From: Octopus vulgaris
Lineage: Eukaryota
Length of the DNA: 64,000 nucleotides
Direction: 5' to 3'
Assembly (NCBI GenBank): GCA_951406725.2
Contig: OX597840.1
Location: 15,190,001 to 15,254,000, forward strand
Numbering within the stretch: the first letter of the stretch is position 1; every line of letters starts with the position of its first letter. The translations under genes and the position numbers were made by a program. The notes under the pieces were generated by a model. It was not told where the DNA came from. It searched no databases and saw only the letters and a list, made by a program, of their open reading frames with translations. Below are positions 25,651 to 36,774 of the stretch, one piece after another.

Positions 25651-26809
25651 CGTTTCTGGATTTGGTTTGCAAGATTCTTTATGTGAGTTCAAGACTACTG
25701 AAAAGGTTGCAAGACGCAACGAAAATTTTAGGAAAATAAAAAAAAAGAACAAGTGGAAATTTTACTGTTGAGTGTGTTAAGGCACAAAAAGAAAATGACT
25801 CTCCCCAGACACAACAGTATATATATATATATATATATACTAGCAGCTAAGCCTGGTTTCACCAGGTCGGTTTGGATGATGTGGCTGTAAAACCTGCTTG
25901 GTGTAAGCATTTGACTTGTTTTGGCACGCTTACGTTAAAAAACAATTTTAGAATGAATTTTTTTTTTCAAAACGCTAAACTTAACTGACCAACAAAAAAA
26001 AACAATCAAGATTCAACCAAGTCTAAAAATGAACCCAAATACTAAGCAAACAAAGATGAACCATCCCACTTCCATTGCATGCGCACGCACACACACACAC
26101 AGATTCACATACCCACCTCTTTTACATGCACACACATATTTTCACACAGAGTTGACATGCTGTTTGATTTATTTTTTTCAGCATACAATTTTCATCATCC
26201 CACTACCAAGTATGACATCACCCCTTCCTTCCTTATTCATCTATCACCCCTTCTTTTCTCATTCATAAACACAAGAGTATTATCATTAGTAGATTATCTC
26301 GGTAACCATGGGAACTATGAAAAATACAAAACCCAGCATCACCACGAGATCATTCTACACATCTGCGTAATTTTTTGCACAATTCCACCCAGCCATTTGA
26401 CCATGAATCCCAAGACAAGAAAGATTCACCCATGTCAAATTTAATTATATACACATGTGCATATCTTTATGTCTGTATGCATATATGTATTTATGTATAT
26501 GTGTGTGTCTATATCTGTATATGTATATACCTGTTTCAGAAATGTGCATGTGTGGGCCTGTCCCTGTGTGTGTGTGCGCGTGCGTGTATGTGTGTGTCTA
26601 CTGGATTAGTACTGACCTTGGACTAAACAACATTGCCATCACCATCATCATAGTCGAGACTTTCTGCAGTCATTCAAAATGCTAGAAAGAGTGACCAAAC
26701 CTTCATCAAAGTCACATGCTATTGTCTTAAAAATGGGGATGACATTTTGCTTAATGTCAAGAAATATGATTGGATAGTCATGGTTGGATCATCTGTGACC
26801 ATTTGTCCG

Positions 26810-26985
26810 GGAGGGGACTAGTCGATTACATAGACCCCAGTGTTTCACTGGTACGTAATTTATCAACCCCGAAAGGATGAAAGGCAAAGTCGACCTCAGT
26901 GGAATTTGAACTCAGAACATAAAGACGGACAAAATGTTGCTAAGCATTTTGCCTGGCATGCTAACTATTCTGCCAGCCCACCGCC

Positions 26986-27023
<38 letters not shown>

Positions 27024-27405
27024 CTTTTCTACTATAGGTACAAGGCCTGAAAATTTGGGGGAGGAGAATAGTTGATTAAATCAACCCCAGTATTCAACTG
27101 GTACTTTCGGACTCAGAATGTTGCAGTAGATGAAATGCTGCTAAGCATTTCACCCAGAATGCTAATAGTTCTTATTTCTTTACTGTCCACAAGGGGCTAC
27201 ACACAGAGGGGACAAACAAGGACAGACAAATGGATTAAGTCGATTATATTGACCCCAGTGTGTAACTGGTACTTAATTTATCGCCCCCAAAAGGATGAAA
27301 GGCAAAGTCGACCTCAGCGGAATTTGAACTCAGAACGTAGTGACAGACGAAATACTGCTAAGCATTTCGCCTGGCGCGCTAACGTTTCTGCCAGCTTGCT
27401 GCCTT
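26810..27405 (-). mobile_element. Cluster of three family B SINEs
   Basis: Repeated GGAATTTGAACTCAGAAC and GCTAAGCATTT motifs. Confidence 0.8.
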
Positions 27406-27929
27406 CAACACCATCAACATTACCATTATCATCATCCCCTAACACCAACTTCAACATTACCACCACCACCCCGCCACTCCTATCCAGACCCCTCTGCTGT
27501 AGCAGATCTTTTGACATGGTGCCAGTTGATTAGCTAAATCTATTCTATACTCTGGCCCCTTTCTTCTGCTATGGAAATAGAAAGGATTTTTGGCAAGTAG
27601 TCTCTTCACCAAGGCTGACCCAATACAACCAGACCTGTTTTCCCTCTAGCATGTCCCCTGCTCTATTCCACCCAACCACCACCACCACATTTCTTACTCA
27701 TCACCAAAAACTACGTCTTTGGATTCTCATGTCTTACATTCTTGGCAATGGTGTCTGTGAATGACATCAGTTTGGCTTTTGGACCCTCACTTGTCAATAA
27801 AACCACTTTACAAAGGAGCCAAAGTGACAGAGGCCATTGATTGCGTGTGAACGTATATGTATATTTATACATCTATATTTTCAATTTCTTTTATATATCT
27901 ATATCTTTGTCTATTTATATCTATCTATT

Positions 27930-27976
<47 letters not shown>

Positions 27977-28050
27977 ATATACATACACACACACACACAT
28001 TCACATTCACATATATGCACTCGCTATATATATATAGTGAGCAGCAGAAA

Positions 28051-28108
28051 TTCAACAAAACCTGTTACTCGGAGTTTCACGTTCCCGTTCATCGGACAGT
28101 TTTGTTAA
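28051..28108 (-). ncRNA. Type I hammerhead ribozyme motif with U4C core variant (Penelope-like pseudo-LTR remnant)
   Basis: Minus strand UUAACAAAACUGU-CCGAUGA-ACG[GGAA]CGU-GAA-ACUC[C]GAGU-A-ACAGGUUUUGUUGA; all three stems pair; GUA cleavage triplet. Confidence 0.7.
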
Positions 28109-28130
28109 TATATATATATCTATATATATA

Positions 28131-28324
28131 TATCTGTAAAATAATATGTAACGATTATTCAATAGCCAAGATAAAACTCTGAGTTTTGCATACTGAAGTG
28201 GAAACACCATCTCTTCGGTTATCTGGCCAGATAACCGAAGTGGGATGGTGTTTCCACTTCAGTATGCAAAACTCAGAGTTTTATCTTGGCTATTGAATAA
28301 TCGTCACATATTATTTTACAGATA
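28131..28324. repeat. Near-perfect spacerless palindrome (96/98-bp arms), each arm carrying a decayed hammerhead motif
   Basis: Centre GGTTATCTGG|CCAGATAACC at 28226/28227. Confidence 0.9.
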
Positions 28325-28384
28325 AATTTCCTCTATTTACATAGTATTCAGATCTCTTTCTTTCTTTTGTTATCTTACCATTTT

Positions 28385-28757
28385 TAGGGCAGTGGATTTG
28401 TGGTCATAGGATTGCGGTTTCAATTCTCAGACCTGGCGTTGTGAGTGTTTATTGAGTGAATCACGCTAATCACACCCTAGTAGCATCCTTCTTTCTTTCT
28501 TCCCCCCCTATTTTTTTGTTTTCGAAAGCACTAAAGCTCTCGAAAACCTAAAGCTCCACGAGGCTCCGTCAGGGAGTGGTAGCAAACCCTGCTGTATTCT
28601 TTCACTACAACTTTCTCTCACTCTTTCTTTCTGTTTCTGTTGTACCTGTATTTCAAAGGGCCAGCTTGTCACACTGAATCTCCCTGAGAACTACATTAAG
28701 GGTACACATGTGTTTGTGCAGTGCTCAGCCACTTACATGTTAATTTCATGAGCAAGC
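28385..28757 (+). mobile_element. Family C SINE variant with an alternative tail and an internal templated insertion
   Basis: Head and body match 58428-58610; the tail diverges after CTCACTCTTTCTT. Confidence 0.75.
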
Positions 28758-30360
28758 ATTAATCCATATGTGTGAAGATATCTCATCATCGTCATTGTCA
28801 TCATCCTTCTTCTTGTCCAGGTATACTCAGGCATCTTCTATCTTTTACTGGCTTAGGTCATTGGTCAGTGGCCATGCTTGAAGCAGGGGTTTTAGTTGAA
28901 TAGGTCAGCCCTCGACTCCACTCAGTATTTATTTTTAACTTGGTTGCTTATTCTAGTGCTCTCTTTCACTGAAGCACTAAATTATGGGGATGCAAACAAG
29001 CCAACACCAGCTGCAAGTGTTGGTGCTAGGGACAAATACAGACACATAGATGCACACAAAACACTGAACCGTACAAAGGAGATGACAGAAAATTGGGATA
29101 TATGATGCATTGCTGCACTCAAGGAAACCTGCCCACCACCACAGAATCAAGATCCTAAAACCAAGGTGCCATGTAAAATTCATTGGTGTGAGTGCTGGAG
29201 CTACATAAAATGAACTGGTGCTTGTGCCATGTAAAAAGTACCCAGTACACTCTGTGGAGTGGTTGGCATTAGCGAGGGCACCAGGTCATAGAAGCCATGC
29301 CATACCAGAGTATGGAACCTGGTGAGACCCCTGACCTTGCCAGCTCCTGTCAAACCATCTGTTCCATGCCAGCATGGAAAATAGACATTAAGGATGATGA
29401 TGACGATGACAACGATATATACACACTGAGCTTTCAAATAGTTTCTTTTTACTAAATCCACTCACAAGGCATCGGTCAGTATGGAGGCTATAGCAGTAGA
29501 CACACAAGCAAGGTGCCATGCAATGGGATTGAACTTGAAGCAGCCTAGCTGGAAGATTATGCATCCTATCCACTCTTCCATGCCTGCACACGAATGATAA
29601 TACTGGAAGACAGAAACCTCATACAATATCCAATTCTCTTGCTAATCACACCCTAGTAGCATCCTTCTTTCCCTTCTTTCTTTCTTTCTTTCTTCCCCTT
29701 TTTTCTTCTTTTCGAAAGCACTAAATTATAAAACATACTGAATACTGTTATACAAGAGAAATTATGTCTGAAAAGACAAGATGGTCATTGCTGGAATGTC
29801 TTTGATCAATGTTCCACTGAATCAGGTCTGACCTGGAACTCATCATCCAACAACAATCTGCAGGAATTTAACTCGAGCATCAACCGCATCAATGTGGGTG
29901 GGCCAATAAGGATTAACTATGCCAGATCCCCGTTATCGGACTGATGTGAAAGAGTCAAGTAAGTAACAACAACAGTGGCTGCAGTATAATGCATCAAGCG
30001 ATGCATCCGTCTGTCTTTGATACAACATGCTGCATGCTTGCAACAACAACGAGGACACCAGATGCAGAGAGAGAGGGAGAAGGAATTTCATGCACGGATG
30101 CATGATGCAAGCATGTCTTCTTAGATACTGCAATACCACACTGCGCAATGGGAAAATGCATACACACACACACATATACATGCATACATATATGTATATA
30201 TATTTATATATGTATGTGTGTATGTGTGTGTATATTTGTATATACACACACACTTACATATGCATATGTGTATTCCAGTATGTGCATGCATTTACACACA
30301 CACTCATACGCATATATACACACACTCACACATACACATATGCATACATACATATGTGTT

Positions 30361-30401
<41 letters not shown>

Positions 30402-31185
30402 GTGTGTGTGTATATTTGTATATATACACTCACTCACATGCATACAATCACATAAGCATGTACAAATTTCGTGCCATAATGGATATCTGAATGAAACCAC
30501 TAGCATGCATGATAGTATTTCCAGCTCAGCTGCTGGGTGTGTATACGTATACGTATGCATATGTATGCTATTAGGTTATGATAATGTTCTCGTATGGAAT
30601 GAGTCATAGCAATCATCTGATATAGAATATATACCATATCAATATCGATATCATATTCCCAGGACTGATATTATGTTTATGTCATGTGTGTATTATATAA
30701 ATATTAAATGAACCATGTATCGATTTTTACGTCACACACACATATATTATTGGAAGTATCATGTCGGTATATATTATATCATGAGGTGAATCATGGATAT
30801 ACCATATGATGTAACAGAAATCCTGTGATGATATCGTATGGTAGCTTCATCGGTAATATCCTGTGGCAGAGGGTGGGTATGTGTATATTATATATATCAT
30901 TATCATCATATAACAGCTGTTTTCCATGCTGGCATGGGTTAGACATTTTGACAGGATGTGGTGAGCCGCAGGGGCACATCAAACTCCAGTATCAGCTTTG
31001 GTATGGTTTCAGCAGCTAAATGCCCTTCATGATGCCAACCAATTTATGGAGGGTGCTTGCTACTGGCACTCATGAGATCACTAAGTAATTTACTAGACAA
31101 AGAAGGCTATAATTTATATTAATATATACACATGTGCATACATTTACATATATATATAAATACACACACACACTGATATATACAC

Positions 31186-31244
<59 letters not shown>

Positions 31245-31284
31245 GCAAGATTTTTTTATGTGAAATTGTGTGTTGAAACAGATA

Positions 31285-31597
31285 TTGTATTTCGGAATGG
31301 TCATTTTGCCAGTTTAGCCAATAAAAACACACGCACTATGTATTTGGTGTTACTTTGCTTCAGTGTTATTTATTTTTTACATTATACAAAATGGCTGACA
31401 GTTAGTAAGGAGAGACACACAAATAAGAAAGAAGAAAGCAAAGGACCACTGATATGGTCACAGGAGTGTGACGAAAGAACTCTGGCTGAAATACGATTAA
31501 GTTTAATGTAAAAATTAAATAACACTGAAGCAAAATAACACCAAATATATAGTGCGTGTTTTTATTGGCTAAACTGGCAAAATGACCATTCCGAAAT

Positions 31598-31601
<4 letters not shown>
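31285..31601. repeat. Inverted repeat, about 100-bp arms and 120-bp spacer, between (TA)n tracts
   Basis: 31285-31384 is the reverse complement of 31504-31601. Confidence 0.9.
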
Positions 31602-31646
<45 letters not shown>

Positions 31647-31874
31647 TGCAAGTATGAGTATGTGACAAGAAGCTTGCTTTCCAACTACATGGCGCTGGGT
31701 TCAGTCCCACTGTGTGGCATTTGGACAAGTGTCTTCTATTGTAGACATGAGGCCAACCAAAGCCTTGTGAGTGGTTCTGATAGGCAGAAACTGAAGGAAG
31801 CCCATCAGATGACTGAAACAAGTAAAAGAATATATATATATATATATATTTACACACACAGGCATTTACACATG

Positions 31875-32089
31875 CAAGTGGGTTGCTGAAAAGTTCCTAT
31901 CTCTAAGGGTATCACGAAAGGCCTGGTTGGAGGCCCAACCTTCTGTGTTCTTTTCCAGGGCTTAGAAAAACTTCAGGACCGTTGCAATAAGTATGTGGAT
32001 CTAAGAAGGGAATTTGTTGAATAAAAATCATAATTAACTGATCCTCCTGTATTTTCTTTTACCCAAAGCCAGGAACTTTTCAATACAAC

Positions 32090-32092
<3 letters not shown>
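31875..32092 (+). mobile_element. mariner-derived MITE
   Basis: Terminal repeats GTTGCTGAAAAGTTCCT / AGGAACTTTTCAATACAAC; residual GLEKLQDRCNKYVDLRREFVE*. Confidence 0.7.
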
Positions 32093-32129
<37 letters not shown>

Positions 32130-32366
32130 TATGTGAGTTTGTGTATGTGTATGCATGTATGTGCATATATGTTTGTGTGAGTGTGTGTGCACATGTATGT
32201 GTGTCTGCACCATTCAAGTTACTGTGAAAAGGTGACTTAACCCCCCACAGTGTCACTGTAAATCAGAAGGTTTAGTCCAGACATCTAACTACAAGAGTCC
32301 TCCTGTTGCCCCGTGCCCAAGAACTGTGCACACAAATTTCCTGTTTCTGCTGTTCTTTAATAAATA

Positions 32367-32947
32367 TTGGGCTGTCTGAGAAGTTCGTGCCGATTTATAG
32401 TAGCTTACCTTTCGAATTATTTTAGAACATGGTTGAGTCCATAAAATAGGATTTGACTACACCTCCATTTAGAGCACAGTTTAATCTATCTTTTTGGGGG
32501 AAGAAGGTTTATGTTAATTCTGTAACCCTTTAAAATGGAAGATAAGAAAGTTCATTTTCGGCACTTGATGCTTTGGGAACCAGACAAAAATTGCTGCAGC
32601 TCAGCTGGGATGTGTTATTCCACCCTCCATATTCACCAGATATTGCTCCTTCGAATTTCCACTTATTCAGGTCTCTGAATGTATTTCTAATGAGTGTATG
32701 TATGTATATATATATATATATGGTAAAAATTTCAATTCCTTGGATGATGTAAAAAGATACCTTGATGAATTCTTTGCCATGAAACCACCTCAATTCTGGG
32801 AAGAGGGTATTTTCAAGTTAAAGGAAAGATGGAGACGCATTGTTCAACAAAATGGTTCATATTTGGTTGATTAAAAATGTAATGGCAAGTGTTTATTGAC
32901 CTTTTTCTTTCCTTTAAAAATCAGCATGAACTTTCTGGACAACCCAA
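32367..32947 (+). mobile_element. Internally deleted mariner element
   Basis: TA-flanked terminal repeats TTGGGCTGTCTGAGAAGTTCGTGCCGATTT / AAATCAGCATGAACTTTCTGGACAACCCAA; N-terminal MEDKKVHFRHLMLW joined to WDVLFHPPYSPDIAPSNFHLFRSL...GKNFNSLDDVKRYLDEFF...GIFKLKERWRRIVQQNGSY. Confidence 0.9.
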
Positions 32948-33057
32948 TACAATCATCAGATGTCCCACAATTACAAGAAATGATTACCTCTACAGACAAC
33001 CATAAACAAACAATAATTCTTTCTTATCAGTGCAACTTAAGTTAAGATAGTTGTTTG

Positions 33058-33352
33058 CGGTGGCAGACTGGCCAGATTGCCAGCTTGCCCGATGGCAAGT
33101 GGGCCACTGCGCCATTAGAATCCATATATGGGGGCCCATGTTAGTATCTAAGGGGCCCATTCCCCCAAGTTTGTGAATTTTTTATTCACACCCAGAAGAA
33201 TGCATTAATTATTTCAGCCTGGCTGTGTTTGTAGACACTTGAAAAGAATACTTTTTAACAAAAAAAAGAAAAATTAAATGATAGCATTGTAGTTGCGGGT
33301 GGGCCCCTTTAGTCTCCTGGCAACCAATATTTTTGGACTCAGTCCACCACTG
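33058..33352. mobile_element. hAT-type MITE
   Basis: Terminal repeats CGGTGGCAGACTG / CAGTCCACCACTG; 8-bp target duplication GTTGTTTG / CTTGTTTG. Confidence 0.8.
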
Positions 33353-33402
33353 CTTGTTTGACATATGTATTTCTAATGAGTGTATGTATGTATATATATA
33401 TA

Positions 33403-34230
33403 CCCGAGTAAGCACATAAATGTAAAACAAGGTGGGAAGAAATAGTATTCAAATACCGGAACTAGAGGAATATGCTTTATCAGTAAAGCTGCAAAAACAT
33501 CACAAAAATATCACAAAAAATTGCTACTCAGAGTTCCATGTCCTCATTTGATCACAACTGCCTGACAAACATGAATGTAAAACTTGCAGTTTTTGTGATA
33601 TTTTTTGAGGTTTTTGCATGTATGTATGTATGTACGTACGCATGTATGTATGTATGTATGTATGTACACGTACGTACATACATATGTACATACATACATA
33701 CATACATACATTCATTCATTCATTCTCTCATTCATTCTTTCATTCATTCCCACTTTAATAATTAGATGTTTACGAAAGGTGACTCTGATCGGAGTTTCTC
33801 ACAGATTACTTTTAAGTGAGAAACTCCTGTCAGAATCACCTTTTATAAACAGCTAATTATTAAAGAGGAAAAATTATCAGAAAAACGATTTCTGTTAATT
33901 TTTTCGAATAAATAATACTGTACCAAGGACTTTCTATTTCTTATTCTACAACACACACACACACATATGTACTTTTTTATACTAAAGCTGCAAAAAATCA
34001 CAAAAATATCACAAAGGATTGCTACTCAGAGTTTCACACTACCATTCATTGGACAATTTTCAATCAAAACTGTCTGACAAACGAGAACATGGAACTCCGA
34101 GTAGCAATTTTTTGGGATATTTTTGTGATTTTTTGCAGCTTTAATAATAATAAAGCGTATTACTCTACTTCCGGTATTTGAGTACTATTTTTTCCCACCT
34201 TGTTTCACATTTATGTGCTTACTTTGGTGT
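33403..34230. mobile_element. Two oppositely oriented fold-back units of the 28051 hammerhead family flanking a third palindrome (33753-33865)
   Basis: 33403-33550 is the reverse complement of 34078-34228; TACTC(A/G)GAGTT motif shared with 28066-28076. Confidence 0.75.
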
Positions 34231-34278
34231 GTATATATATATATAGAGAGAGGGAGAGAACAAAGTGTACGTATGCCG

Positions 34279-34310
<32 letters not shown>

Positions 34311-34311
<1 letters not shown>

Positions 34312-35061
34312 ATACAAAATGGGACAAGAATGCAAAACATCCAAATAGACGATACAAAAACACAGACAGGTCATTCGAAGCCTTTAATCTTCAGTCAAGA
34401 CCCAGATCATCCTCGCAATTTCGGCTGATTAATCTTGAGATTGCTCCAATCTGGCCAGCCCCAAGGAAAAACTAAGCTAAGAGCATTAGATTCCTTGGAA
34501 AAAGGATCAAATGTATACAAAACAAGGACGGAAAAACGGAGAATGTTGCACGAATATAAATACAAAAATAATACTAACATAAATACAAAAAAGCAATAAT
34601 AATAATAATAGACCGCTGCCCAACTACTAGCCCTTTGTGTCGGACCACAGTCATGGCTAGATTGTTCTTTTCCTCTGCCATAAGGCTTAATTCTCAACAC
34701 ATCAGCTGAATTCAATTCATCTCCAGTCGAAAGATGCCTGTTGTTATGTCCTGTTATTAATATTATTATTATTATTGTTTTTTTGTATTTATATTAGTAT
34801 TATTTTTGTATTTATATTTGTGCAACATTCTCCGTTTTTCCGTCCTTGTTTTGTATACATTTGATCCTTTTTCCAAGGAATCTAATGCTCTTAGCTTAGT
34901 TTTTCCTTGGGGCTGGCCAGATTGGAACAATCTCAAGATTAATCAGCCGAAATTGTGAGGATGATCCGGTTCTTGACTGTAGATTAAAGGCTTTGAATGA
35001 CCCGTCTGTGTTTTTTGTATCATCTATTTGGATGTTTTGCATTCTTGTCTCATTTTGTATT
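34311..35061. repeat. Long inverted repeat, about 300-bp arms and 150-bp spacer
   Basis: 34311-34608 is the reverse complement of about 34757-35061, high identity by eye. Confidence 0.92.
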
Positions 35062-35664
35062 TTATATTTATATGCATATATCATCATCATCATCAATATC
35101 ATTTAATGTCCATTTTCTCTGCTGGCATGGGTTGGAAGGTTTCACTGGAGCTGGCTTGGTTACTATGGCTGGATACCCTTCCTAATGCCAACCACTTTAC
35201 AAAGAGTACTGGGTGCCTCTTATGTGTCATCAGCATGGGTGCCTTTTACATGTCACTGGCACAGGTGCCCTTTGTGTGTCGTCACCAGCACTGGCAACAA
35301 CCACAATTTCACTTAGCTTGATGCGTTTTCTCAAACACAGCAAACCACCAGAATTATCAAGTATTTCTATACACTTTCAGCGGTGCAGGTGTGTATACAT
35401 GCATATAATGATTATGATAATTACGATATTAATGGTTATATCTTATATGGTGCTCAGGTGCACCACGATTCATAGATGTGTAGATGTATGCATATAAATA
35501 TATTTGTATATATACACACATGTTTTCATGTGCGTGGTGCAGTTTCTTTTAAAAGTTCATTCCTAACCCAAGGCCTTCTTTGTTATTATCTTCCTGTAAA
35601 AACCTTTTGCTGCTGATTTAATTGGCAAATACACATTTACGCACACATTTATTTATATATATAT

Positions 35665-35702
<38 letters not shown>

Positions 35703-35715
35703 CAAATATATATGT

Positions 35716-35746
<31 letters not shown>

Positions 35747-35974
35747 CACACACACACACGTGTGTATATTTAAGTATACATATGCATATATTTATACATA
35801 TACATTTATGTACACATATATGTATATATATACACACACAGACACATATATATATATGCATATATACATGTATATATGCATAAATATGTATATATATATT
35901 CTGTCTCTCTGTCTCTCTCTCTCTCTATATATATATATACTCTCTCCCACTCTCTCTCACTCTCTTTCTCTCTC

Positions 35975-36006
<32 letters not shown>

Positions 36007-36021
36007 TATCATCATCATCAA

Positions 36022-36385
36022 CGCAGGAGTGGCTGTGTGGTAAATAGCTTGCTTACCAGCCACATGGCTCCAGGTTCATCCCACTGCATGACACCTTAAG
36101 CATGTGTCTTCTACTATAGCTTCGGGCTGACCAAAGCCTTGTGAGTGGATTTGGTTGACAGAAACTGAAAGAAGCCCATCGTATATATGTTTGTGCATGT
36201 TTGTCTCCCACCATTGCTTGACATCCAATGGTGGCTTGTCTATGTCCCTGTAACTTAGCGGTTCAGCAAAAGAGGACGATAGAATAAGTGCTAGGCTTAC
36301 AAAGAATAAGTCCAGGGATCGATTTGTTCCACTAAAGGTGGTGCTCCATCATGGCTGCAGTCAACTGACTGGAACAAATAAAAGA
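36022..36385 (+). mobile_element. Family A SINE, full length
   Basis: GCAGGAGTGGCTGTGTGG head through ACTGGAACAAATAAAAGA tail. Confidence 0.88.
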
Positions 36386-36462
36386 ATATATATATATATA
36401 TATATTCTTGTTTGTGCATACACATGCACAAACAGAGCTCAACATATGTCTATATATATATA

Positions 36463-36680
36463 TAAAGTTAATCCAAACAAGAAAACAAAAAGACAACAAC
36501 GCGAGGATGTGGAACAAATAAAGTATTATTGGACGCTCAGGAAAGAAGGGAAGAAGGAGGGTATGACGTTTCGAGCGGAGCTCTTCGTCGGAAACATAGG
36601 CGAAAGAAAGATCCCGAGGTGGGAGGACAGAGGGAAAAAAAAAATTGCAAGTGGTCTTCACGAGGTCAACATACTGCATA
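36463..36680 (-). mobile_element. (TA)n-inserted Penelope-like pseudo-LTR remnant with a minimal hammerhead (36561-36597)
   Basis: Minus strand GUUU-CCGACGA-A-GAGC[UCC]GCUC-GAA-AC-GU-C-AUAC; sister copies at 47978-48172 and 2663-2727. Confidence 0.65.
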
Positions 36681-36692
36681 TATATATGCAGG

Positions 36693-36774
<82 letters not shown>

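Noticed and set aside
34370-34430. CUGAAGA and GAAA on the minus strand read as a permuted (type II) hammerhead
   Set aside because: Stem I cannot form and the spacing needs a 5-nt insertion; not credible.
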